This document shows positions 50,581 to 62,055 of a DNA stretch of 64,000 bases, in pieces (positions within the stretch are counted from its first letter, which is position 1; every line of letters starts with the position of its first letter). This DNA comes from Mobula hypostoma. Its lineage: Eukaryota. Made by a program: the position numbers and the translations under genes. Where the stretch lies: positions 88,910,001 to 88,974,000 of the forward strand of contig NC_086108.1 of NCBI RefSeq assembly GCF_963921235.1. Reading direction: 5' to 3'. Below the pieces are notes generated by a model. It was not told the DNA's origin. It ran no database searches and worked only from the letters and a program-made list of their open reading frames with translations.

Positions 50581-50819
50581 CATCCAAATGTACTGCTATT
50601 AATCTCATGATAACATTATTGTGTCATAGTGGACAGCAGTGCTATATGAATGATTTAGAAATTGTTCTTTAATATTATTATTCTTGATAATCTGTGATGT
50701 TACTAAGCAGTTTACCTGTCCTTGGCCACTAGAGGACCTGTTTGAGCTGGAAATATAATAGAGACCTCCATCTGAATTCTCATGCCGCTGCACTGTTGTA
50801 TAACGATAATGACACAGAA

Positions 50820-52140
50820 GAACATCAAATACAAAGCATCACATAGAAAATATGGTACTTGTACGGTGCAAATGGGCCATGCTTCACTCAGAGTCTGTCT
50901 TTTGTTTCCTTCTCCAAGAATGTAATTTTAGCCCTTTCCTCTATTCTTCCTCATATACTGTATTTGTCCGTGCTCTTCTTAAACAAATCAGCACTATTTC
51001 ATGTGCTGGTGAGTTTCACATTCTTAGTATTCATTGCGTAAAGGAATTGGCTCAGAGTTCCCTATTGGATTTCTTGGTGATTTTCATGTATTGATGGCCT
51101 CTTGCTATAATTCTTCCTTGTAAGTACAACTGTTTACTCTCTATCTACTTTAGCAAAACTTTTCATAATTTTAAAAGCTTCTATTAGATTAGTTTTCAGC
51201 ATTTCACATCCAGAGAAAAGGGATCCAGTCTATTCATAGTTTCCTGAAAAGTAGACCTTGTCAACCTTCTTTGCATTTCCTCCATTATCATTGCATTTCT
51301 TTGTGTAATTGGATGACCAGAACAATACACAATACTCCAAATGTGGTCTAATCAAGGATTTCTGCAAAACTACCCCATGATTCAATTTTATCCGTTAGAA
51401 ATAAAGCCTACTTTTTACAGTTTGCTTTTTCTTATTGCCCTGAAAACATGTGGCATGATTTAAATGATGGATGCATTTCTATTCGAAGATCTCTTTGTTG
51501 TTCTGCCACATCTAAAAATGCACTGTTTAAATAATATTATTTCCCACTTCTTTCCACCAAAGTGTATCTGTTGAAACTTACTTGCCAATAGTTTACCCAT
51601 CCTTCAAGTGTTTTAATAAGCCTCCTTATTGGCTGTTGTGCTCTTTTGTATTGATTAACAATGCTAAAGTTCCTTAAGTTTGCTATTGATTCCAAATTCT
51701 GAATTATTAATATAAATTAATCAGTTCCAGCACTGATCCGGCGAAATGCCACCATTCATTTACTTCCTTATTCTCAGTTCCCAAAGTCTGCATTCCACCT
51801 AGGAGTCATCCTTCCTGCTATTTTCTCCAGCCTCCACATTCTCTGGCAGTCATTAGTTTATTATGAAATCTCTTCTCAAATATCTTTTGAAAATCCATTT
51901 AAATTAATTCTGCCATTTTACAGTTTTCTGCCCTCTGTGTTTTCCTTACAAAAAATGCACTACTGTTGGTCATGTAAGTATTTCTATTCTGAAGTCATGT
52001 TGAGTATTCACTTTCAAATCTTCTGTACCTAAATATTCTCTTTCTTCTTTAGATGGTGATTCCATTTCTAGTACTATTAGCTCTACGCTTCACTGGACAT
52101 TTCCAGGCCCATCTCAAAATGGGCATTATGACAAACATCT
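50820..52140 (-). mobile_element. Ancient, highly decayed CR1/L2-type LINE
   Basis: Antisense remnants such as gaccagaacaatacacaatactccaaatgtggtctaatc (LIRPHLEYCV.FWS) and cttttgaaaatccatttaaat (YLDFQK-like). Confidence 0.65.
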
Positions 52141-52550
52141 CAATAGGTCAATAGGTACATTTAATGTCAGAGAACTGTATACAATATACACCTGAAATTC
52201 TTTTTCTTCGTAAGCGTTCACGAAAATAGAGGAGTACCCCAAAGAATGAATGACGGTTAAATATTAGAATCCCAAAGCCCCCTAAGTCCCACCTCCCACG
52301 CACAAGCAGCAGCAAAGCAACGGCCCCCCAGCTCCCACCAGCAAAAAAACCTTGACCCCCCCCCACTGAGCACTCAAGTTTGCAACGAAGCATCAATAAA
52401 GACACAGACTTGCAATACCCCAAAGACTACTCGTTCACCAGGTAATTTGACATACCACAGTCTCTCTTTCTCTCCCTAATAAGGGAAAAAGAGATGCCCC
52501 ATTTCACAGCGAGAGGGGAGACATAACAAACAACTCACTGATTTATGATT
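52140..52550. mobile_element. Younger unclassified repeat inserted in the decayed LINE
   Basis: Abrupt compositional change; begins with short tandem caataggtcaatagg, consistent with an antisense retroposon tail. Confidence 0.5.
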
Positions 52551-53325
52551 CTGTTGCTACTAGTTCTTTGGCATTGAAATCTTTTCTGATTATTTGATAA
52601 ATATACACAGTAATGCCTATGCTATCTCTTCACTAGAATCCTATCAAATGAGTCAATGCAATCTATTCTATCATGGGTTTGTTTATTTTTATTAAATGCG
52701 TGTATAAGCTCTTTATCTGTTTTCTACATTTATTGTGTCATCACCCAATATTGGGTCTAGTTGCACTCTCTCCATATTAGGTATGAACTCATGATTTAAT
52801 ATTTCTGCAAACTCCTTGTTGTTCACTGTGTTACTTTGTTACCGATCCTTTCATGGTCCTAAATTCATTATGAATTTCCTTTCTTTTAAATGAAGATGCA
52901 GTTGCAGTTCTCACAGGATGTTATTATAAATCTGGAACAGATTCAATAATCTCATGTTCCCCACACAATTTGTAATCTTTGTGGAACACCGCGTGTTTCT
53001 GTGTGATACTGTAAGCATCGCCATCTCCACAAAAGAAAAATAATTGTTCTACGCTGGGTAATTGAATAGGAAATGTAAATACAGATATATCCAACTGAGA
53101 TGAGAGAGAGTATATGCCTAGTTCAATGGCGGAGATGTTTTATCTGCATTTGTCATTGCTATGGACGCTGTATCTGTAGATGCCTTTGGTGTACCTAAGG
53201 AATACAGGAATTAAAATAAAACCTTTCATTGTTAGAGCTGTCTCGCATCTTCCAGAATAGAAAACAATCATAGCAATCTCTGTAAGGGATTGTGTGGGAC
53301 TGAAATTCACAATGTTTATCATTTA

Positions 53326-55515
53326 CACTCAGTGGCCATTTTATTAGGTACCTCCTGTGGCCGCTGAGTGCATGTACATGGTCCTTTGCTGCTGTAGCCC
53401 TTTCACTGCAAGGTTCAACGTGTTGTGCCATCAGAGGTGCTCCTCTGCACTCCACTGTTGTAACACCTAATTATTAGAGCTACTTTTGCTTCCTGTCAGC
53501 TTGAACCCATCAGGCCATTCTCCTTTGACCTCTCTCAATAGCCAGCAGCTTTCGCCCACAGAACTATCGCTCACTGGATTTTATTTTTGGTTTTTTTGCA
53601 CCATTCTCTATAAACTCTAGAGACTGTTGTGTGTGAAAATCCCAGCAGATCAGTAGTTTCTGAGATACTCAAACCACTCCATCTGGTACCAAAATTCATT
53701 CCAGGGTCAAAGTCACATTTCTTCCCTGTTCTGATGTTTGGTCATCTACGGCATATCTGCCCTCCTTCTTCAAAGAAAAAGGCTTCCTTTCTCCACTGTC
53801 GGAATAAGGCCACACTGAGATTGGAGGAACAACACCTTATATTCCGTTTGGGTAGCCTCCAACCTGATGGCATGAACATCAATTTATCAAAACTTTCTGT
53901 AATGCCTCCCCCCCCACCCTTCACAATTTCCCATCCCTTTGTCCCTCTCCCATGTTATCTCCTTGCTCACTTGTCACCTCCCTCTGGTGCTCCTTCCCCC
54001 CCCCACCCTTTTTTCTTTCTTCCATAGCCTTCTGTCTCTTTCACCAATCAACTTCCTACCTCTTTGTTTCATCCTTCCCCCTCCAAGTTTCACCAATCGC
54101 TGGTGTTTCTCTCTCCCCTCTCTTCACACTTCAAATCTACTCCTCAATTTTTTATCTCCAGTCCTGCTGAAGGGTTTCGGCCCGAAATGTTGACTGTACT
54201 CCTTTTCATAGATGCTGCCTGGCCTGCTGAGTTCCTCCAGCATTTTGTGTGTGTAGTTCGGCTTCCCTTCCACCACCATCAATGCTGCCCTCACCCGCAT
54301 CTCTTCCATTTCACGCATGTCTGCCCTCACCTTCATCCTCCCGCTGTCCCACCACGGATAGGGTTCCTCCTGTCCTCAGCTACCACCCGACCACCCTCTG
54401 CGTCCAGCACATAGTTCTTCATAACTACTGCAAACTGCATTGGGATCCCACCATCAAGCACATCTTTCCCTCCCCCCACTTTCGGCTTTCTGCAGGGATC
54501 ACTCCCTATGTGGATCCCTTATCCATTCATCCCTCCCCCTCCTGGCACTTAACCTCGCAAGTGGAACAAGTACTACATCTCCCCCTACACCTCCTCCATC
54601 ACTACCATTCAGGGCCCCAAATAGTCCTTCCAAGCAAGGCAACATTTCACCTATGAGTCTGTTAGGGTCATTTACTGTATCTGGTGCTCCCGGTGTGGCC
54701 TCCTGTACAGCTGTGAGACCCGGTATAGATGACGGGATCACTTTTTGAGCACCTACCCTCCATCTGCCAGAAAAAATGGGATCTCCCAGTGGCCACCCAT
54801 TTTAATTCCACTTCTCATTCCCATTCCAATATGTCTATCCATGGCCTCCTCCACTGTGGTGACGAAACCACGTTCAGGTTGGAGAAGCAACACCTTATAC
54901 CTGTCTGGATAGGCCCCAGTCTGATGGCATGAACATCGATTTCTCAAAATTCTGGTAATGGCACCCCCTCTCCTTCACCTTTCCCTATTCCCATTTCCCC
55001 CTCTCAGCTCATCTCCTTACCTGCTCATCACCTCCCTCTGGTGCTCTGCCCTCTTTCTTTTCTTCTATGGCCTTCTCTCCTCTCCCATCAGATTCTCCCT
55101 TCCCCATCCCTTATCTCTTTCACCACTCAACTTGTCGGGTCTTTACTTTACCCCTTCCCTGTCCTGGTTTCATATATCACCTACTACATTTCCTTCCTTC
55201 CTTTCCTTCCCTCCCCCCACCTTCTTCCTCTGACTTCTCATCTTTTTTTCTCCAGTCCTGATGAAGGGTCTCAGCCCAAAACATTGACTATTTACTTTTC
55301 TCCATAAATGTTGCCTGACCTGCTGAGTTCCTCCAGCATTTTGTGTGTGTTGCTTGGATTTCCTGCATCTGCACTTCTTCTCTTGTTTGTAATTGAACCT
55401 CTTGACCATGTCCACGTGCTTTTATGAACTGCGTTTCTGCCACATGTTTGGCTGATTAGATATATGCATTAACGAGCAGGTGTACAGGTATACCTAATAA
55501 TGTAGCTACTAAGCG
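53326..55515 (-). mobile_element. Tc1-derived element split by two tandem Penelope fragments
   Basis: TA|cactcagtggccattttatta start; antisense to 10976-11498; resumes near 55390 and ends taataatgtagctactaagcg. Confidence 0.82.
53745..55388 (+). mobile_element. Two head-to-tail Penelope-like 3' fragments (about 53745-54255 and 54260-55388)
   Basis: LRLEEQHLIFRLGSLQPDGMNI (ORF 53629-54027), DRVPPVLSYHP (54249-54656), PVATHFNSTSHSHSNM (54729-54932); each ends in a terminal repeat with a decayed hammerhead (about 54160 and 55254). Confidence 0.88.
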
Positions 55516-55832
55516 CATGTGTGAGTCTAACTCCGTCAACTTCCCACCAGTCCCCTGCCTCTACAAATACCACTTGTAGTCCTCTTACTCTGACTGACAT
55601 CTTTTGGATTTTTTTCTATTTCACTTGCTGTATTCATAATTTAGGTTATGCCACCATCTCATTGAGTTGCTGGAAAGTGCACTCGGTGACATCTGGCAAG
55701 GGTTAAGAGTCAGAAAACTGGACTCAATAGCTTAAATGGGAAGTAGCAGCTAATCAGACAATTCTGCCCTGTTGTCAGTGGGAAGGTACTATAGTTGCCT
55801 CCAATAATAGAAATATTGGGCTACATTGCATC

Positions 55833-56430
55833 CAAATCAGAGTCAGGTTTATTGTCACTGACTTGGATGTTGTGAAATTTGGTGTTCTCTGGCAGCACTG
55901 CAGTGGAAAGCCATAAAAAGTCTGTAAATTACACACGTAAATAGTGCAAATAAAGAATAATGAATTAGTGTTCATGAATTCAGGAACTGCTGATTGTGGA
56001 GGGTTTCTAGCCTCTTATGCTTCCTCCCTGATGGTAGTAATGAGAAGAGGGCATGTCCCAGATGGCCAGGGTCCTTAATGATGGATGCATCTTGATGGTG
56101 GGGAGCGTTGTGCCCATTTTGGAGATGGCTGAGTCGACAACCCTCTGAAGGCTTTTGTAATCCTGTCCATACTAGGCAGTGATACAACCAGTCACAATAC
56201 TCTCCACCGTACACTTGCAAGAGTCTCTTGATGACGTAGCAAATCTCCTCAATCTCCCATAAAAGTAGAGCCAGTGGCGTACCTTCTTCACGATTGCATC
56301 AATGTGTTGGACCTAGGACAGATCCTCTGAAACGTTGACACTGAGGAACTTGAAGCTCCTTACCCATTCCACCTCTGACCCCTCAATGACCCCTAGGGTG
56401 TGTTCTACCATCTTCTAGTTTTTGAAGTCC
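55833..56430 (-). mobile_element. Rex1 3' fragment
   Basis: Minus ORF 55972-56220 (ASIIKDPGHLGHALFSLLPSGRK). Confidence 0.85.
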
Positions 56431-57059
56431 TGAATGACATTTATTCAAGACATGGAGGTTGTGCTGGCTTACAAACTGAGTGTCACAACCTTCCCAAGTT
56501 CATGCTAGTTTACATACAATTACATTGCAAGCTACTGACCTGAACACCTTTTCAGTCAAATGTCCTCAAATGGCTATCAACCTCAACCAACAACACAACC
56601 ATGAACAGTTTCACCTAGCTCTATAAAACAGTTGTGTGGGAGAACACTGGAACTTCATTGATCATATCAAAACAGTGAGATGTTGATTGTTTGAGGAATA
56701 CATGTACAACTTGAATGGGGTGGGTGACTTACCCTTTTTGATAATTCATCTGGGAACGTGGATAGTAAAACAGATCACTTTCTTTCTGTAGTGTGAGGTG
56801 GTCTCCAACGTTGTGTCAGTCTCATTTTAACTATTTGTTTCTCAGTTCAGTGGTCTTGAGGTCTTTGATGTTCCATTTCCAACAGGTTTTTTTTGCAATC
56901 TCTCTCCTCTTTTCCTATTGATACTGCTTCCTCCTTGAAGATGCTCCAGATTTTCAGATGATCAACTAGAATTTGTGATTGCCATCCTCAATCCCATCCC
57001 CAGAGATGCCCATCAACACCCACAATTATTTAACTAATCTGACTCTGAATCTTTTAAAA

Positions 57060-57372
57060 AATTATTTATTTCGAGATACAGTGTGGAATAGGCCCTTCTG
57101 GCCATTCAAGCCACATCGCCCAGCAACACCCAACAATCCCAGATTTAACCCTTACATAATCACGGGACAATCTACAACGATCGATTAACCCACTATCCAG
57201 TACTTCTTTGAATTGTAAGAGGAAACTGGAGCACCCAGAGAAAATGCATCCAACAGGGAGGGCAGACAGACTACTTATAGAGAGCAATGAGGGGATCGAA
57301 TCCCGAACTCCGAACTTTGATGCCCCAAGCTGTAATAGAGTCGTGCTAACTGCTTCGCTACCATGGCACCCA
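57060..57372 (-). mobile_element. tRNA-headed SINE (same family as 50278-50580)
   Basis: Antisense match including gaggaaactggagcacccagagaaaa and ttatttattt tail. Confidence 0.8.
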
Positions 57373-58859
57373 AATCTGCCAGGATCAGTAATGGGGGCAA
57401 TAATTGCTTGACAGTGAGCCTGTTCTACTTAAGGAATAGAATGAACATCAGCCAAACTTGACACACAATTTTAAACTAAAGATTTAAATGCTGGTTTGAT
57501 CATTATAAATACTTGCACTATTTTTAAGTGCAAAGAATTGTTTCTTTTACCCCGTCATATTTGTTCATTTGTCTTTTAAATAAAATATATTCTTTACAAC
57601 CAATATTGTGAATAAAGCATCTGAAACATATGAAGGAAGATAAAACCAAATGGCGTTTTTGTGAAGGTTGAATGTTAGGAATTCAAACATTGGACTCTGC
57701 TAGGATCATAGCTGGTGCAAATTCATGGTGGCAAAGACAGCTTGCTGAGTGGAGCAATCATTTTATGCTGTTGTTATGGCTACAAGCATTACTGGCTGCA
57801 ATTTGTGGTTCTCACTATCTCCTCCAGCAGCCAGTTTTGGAAGAATGCAACTTCAAAACTTCTAATAGTCTTCAGTCCTTTCTTGCATATCAGAATGAGG
57901 CGATTAAATTGTGCATTCTGCTTATCGTTATTTTTCTAAAGGTCAGCTTTAATGATATACAATGTCTGACTGAAAGACTGATTTCTGCATGACAGCTATG
58001 AAGTCTGCTTTTACAAGCAGCTAAGGAAATTTGTTATTTTCTCTTTGGTTTCCCTGGTAACTGTACAAACCCTTCTATGTCTATAGAACCTGCTGACAAG
58101 AATGAGCTTTAGAAATCTCTCAATGTTTTCCAAATGGGCCACTTCTGCTGGTTAATAATTATTACACCAAATGAAAAAACACTTAACTCATCACAAGACA
58201 AACACATAGAAGCGAGTAACCTAACTTGTAGGCTTGGATTAACATACTTACTAGGACCCATCTGATTATTCCAATAAACTCAGAGCACAGTGTTTCCTGG
58301 TTAGTTTGGCTCTGGAATATTGTATTTGACTTCATTCTTTTTCAAGAATGTAGGAATCGCTGCCAAAGTAGGCATTTATTGCCCATCCTTAACTGTTTTG
58401 GTGAAGATCATGATGAGCTGTCTTCTTGAACTACAGCAACCCTTTTAGAGATTTCCCCCCTTATGTTGTTGGGTGGAACTCCTAAGATTTCAAACCAGTG
58501 ACAATGAAAGACGCAGGTAAATGAAAGCAGCATTAGGCTGTCTGGTCCCTAGCATCTTCCACCCCAATTCAATACAATAGTAAGAGTGGTCACATCTCCA
58601 AATCAGAATGGTGTGCGACTTGGAAGGGGGACCTCCAGTTGGTGGTGTGGCCCTGCACTTCCTGTAGGTGGCGGTCATGAGTTTGCACAGTAGCCAAAGC
58701 CAATAACAGTAATGCATTTTGCAGCTGGGTACTGGTACAAAATGCATTCACTCTGTGTTGATGGTGAAGTTGAATTCATCCAGGCAAGGGGAGAGTATTC
58801 TATCACGCTCCTTACTCATGCTTTGTATGTATGGCATACTTAACCTTCTTCAGTTGAAG

Positions 58860-59455
58860 CATCAAGTATAAAAGTTGGCTAGTTATATTGCATCTGTATA
58901 AAGCTTCAGTTAGGCTATCTTTGGAGTACTTTGTGCAGCTTTGGTCACTGCAATACAGACCGAATGTGGAAGCTTTAGAGAGGGTGCAAAAGAGATTCAC
59001 TAGGATGTTGGCTGAATTGGAGAGTATGAGATATAAAGAAAATACAGACAAATATGGATTGTTCTTACCTGGAGCGCCTACGGCTGAGGAGTGACTTGAT
59101 GAAAGTACAGTACATTAAAGAGTAGACAATGAGTGTCTTTTTCCCATGGTGGAAATTTCAAATACCAGAGGGTATTTGTTTAAGGTGAGAGGAGGAAAGT
59201 TTATAGCAGGTGTGTGAGGCCTGTTTTTTTTACATGGAAAATGGTAGGTACCTGGAACGTGTTTCCAGGTACAGTAATAGAAGCAGAAACAGCAGCGGTG
59301 TTTACGAGGCATTGAGGTAAACACGTGAATAGTCAGGGAAAAGAGGTTACAGACCATGAGCAGGCCCATGGGATAACTAGACAGGCATCATGTTTATTGC
59401 AGACGTGGTGGGCTACATAGCCTCTTCTTGTGCTGTACTATTCTATGTTCTACTG
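58860..59455 (+). mobile_element. CR1 3' fragment
   Basis: ORF 58888-59094 (LYKASVRLSLEYFVQLWS..ALERVQKRFTRML); tail ttctatgttcta. Confidence 0.85.
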
Positions 59456-60084
59456 TACTCCAGTCATGGAACCCTGGTACTTTTATAAAATCTCAGTAGA
59501 GTGATCCATAGAGACAAGAAATGATGGGAATAAGTCTTTCATTGAACTGCTGTGTTTTGTAAAAGTTTGAAGGCAAACTGAAGGGCACACACTCATTTCA
59601 TTGAACATCTGAAATCCTTGCAGAAAGCAGTAATTATTCTGACTCATACTGGCAGTTCTATATTCAAGCCACCGTTTTTTCAAAGCTCTGCAGGAATGAT
59701 TTGGTCTTTCCTGAGGTGAACAATGCAGTATTTTATGAATTATTTCACCACCATCACCTTGAGGCATTACTGCATGTCATGTGATTTAATGAATACTTTA
59801 CATCATGTCTAGCATCGATCTTTTCCTCCAATTAGGAAAAGGCTGGAGTATAAATTAGAAAATGGGCTTCCTTAATTCAAATTAAGACATTTGGAATGTT
59901 CTTACTGATTTCCATTTTATAAATTTAATGCTGACAAGTTCCTGTATTTTATGCCTGGTTTCATATTCATTGGGTACATTGTATATTAATGTTAGTGTGT
60001 GACAATCCTTCTGATCAGGTTAGGATAGGAATGGTGTTGTATTAAGTCCAGTTAAAGCAACTTTAGCTGAAATATTCACTCTCC

Positions 60085-60482
60085 AGTTCCCTTCACAGAT
60101 GCTGCCTGATCTGCTGAGTTCTTCCAATGCCTTGATTATTGCTCCAGATTCCAGTGTCAGTAATTTCTTGCGTCTCCATAGCATTACTCTGTCTGTTTTA
60201 CCTCATAATTTGGAACAAGAGAAAATGGGTTAATGTTTCAGGTTGAAGATCCTACATTAGAACTGATGAATGGTCTGTTTCACTTCCCAGAAAAATAGCC
60301 TGGCCTGCTGAGTATTTCCAGTGTTCCCAGCGTCCAGTGTCCCGATGAAGGGTCTTCGCCCAAAACGTCGACCGTTTATTCCCCTCCACAGATGCTTCCT
60401 GTCCAGCTGAGCTCCTCCAGCACATCGTGTATATTTCCAGTGTTTTCTGTTTTTACTTTACACTTCCAGCATCTACAGTTCT
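60085..60482. mobile_element. Cluster of Penelope terminal-repeat fragments, one nested in another with a 13-bp TSD
   Basis: TATTTCCAGTGTT at 60313-60325 and 60432-60444 flank a copy with a decayed hammerhead (gtcccgatgaagggtcttcgcccaaaacgtcgac). Confidence 0.75.
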
Positions 60483-60764
60483 TCAAACAATATAAAGTAT
60501 CACTTACTTTATAATTGTCAAGTTTGATTCTATGGAATTGCTGAAAACAGAATTCGGCTTGTTGTAGCTATAACAGGACTAGTCAATTAGTCTCGTTGTC
60601 TTCACCCTAACAGTGGACCAGCAGTTTTTACTGTCTTTTCAAGTATTTATTCAACCCCTCATGTTAATTGTCTTTGAAAATAATTTTTGGATTTGATTTC
60701 CTTTCAGGTGATAAATATTTGTTCACACTTTTTCTCCCATACATAACCAATGATCCTTTATCCA

Positions 60765-61397
60765 TTTGTTTTCAATGCACAGAGAGTAGTGGGTGTATGG
60801 AACATGATGCCCAGGCTTGTGGTAGGCATACTATAGTTACATGAGGGGCATTTAAAATAAAACTCTTAATGATGGATGGATCGAAAAATGGAGGGCTATG
60901 TAGGAGGGAAGGGTTAGATTGATCTTACAGCAGGTGAAAATGTCGGCATAACGTCATGACCGAAGGGCCTGTATTGTGCTCCAATGTTCTATGTTGTGTT
61001 CAGTTCCATAAACTCATTATAGGAAGGATGCTTTAGAGTGTGCAGAGAAGATTTACCAGGGTTCTGCCTGGATTAGAGAGCAAGTCTTTTATGGATTGGT
61101 TGAGTGATCTAGGGCTTTGCTCTCTGGGGCAGAGGAGGACAAGAGGAGACTTTTAGGTGTACAAGATGATAAGAGTGGATATCCAGAGACTTTTTCCCAG
61201 GGTGGAAATGGCTAAAATGAGGTGGCATAATTTTAAGTTGACTGGAGGAACGTATAGGGGGAATGTCAGAAGTAATTTTTTTATACAGAGATTGGCAAGT
61301 GCGTCGAATCAAGGGTGGCAATACAGGCAGATATATTAGGGGCATTTAAGACATTCTTAGCTAGGCACATGAATGATATAAAATGGAGAGCTATGTT
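60765..61397 (+). mobile_element. Two adjacent CR1 3' fragments
   Basis: Tail atgttctatgtt near 60990, then a second piece with ORF 61157-61339 (LFPRVEMAKMRWHNFK). Confidence 0.8.
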
Positions 61398-61446
61398 TCA
61401 TGCATCTGTATCATGAATTTGCCTATTCCCACAGTTTCCCCACCAC

Positions 61447-61507
61447 AGATATTATAGTTGTAGTTATCCAGTTTATCTCACACTGGATAACTACAACTAT
61501 AATATCT
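61447..61507. repeat. Perfect inverted repeat: 26-bp stem, 9-nt loop
   Basis: AGATATTATAGTTGTAGTTATCCAGT (61447-61472), loop ttatctcac, ACTGGATAACTACAACTATAATATCT (61482-61507). Confidence 0.95.
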
Positions 61508-62055
61508 ATTTATGGACAAACAGAGAAATATCTATAAATTTTGAGGATGCTGGCACCATTTCCATATAAAAGTGGCACTGCTCTGAAGCTCCTGAATTTC
61601 TACCTTTATCTCCTAGAGATTTTGAAGCCAGTGACTTTTCAACTTTATCTGTTGCTGACCTTTTAAGCACAACAGTTTACCTATATTTATTCTTCTTAAT
61701 TTCACTATTTTCTCCATTGTAACATCAACAATAGTCTCATATTTATTCAGTGAAGTGCAAATGGAGAACACTGATTCCATGTCTTAGACATTCTGTCCAC
61801 CTTTACAAAAGGATCTCCATTGTGGACTCTAATTGGACCCTTCTCTTGACAATCTTGTTCTTGTGTTTTTGGAAAATATGCATTTCTTACATAACCTGTT
61901 AATCTATTTTCACACCATTTCCCGTACTGAGCACACCTCCCTCAACACTCCCCATTTTTTCTAATATCATTCTTTCCACGCTTTTTATATTCAACTTAGT
62001 TTTCCACGTTCAATGAGCAACTGCGTAGAAAACCACCTATCATTCAAAATCATTT

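Noticed and set aside
59483..59767. 94-aa minus-strand ORF in unique sequence
   Set aside because: No recognisable domain or convincing splice sites; length is within chance expectation.
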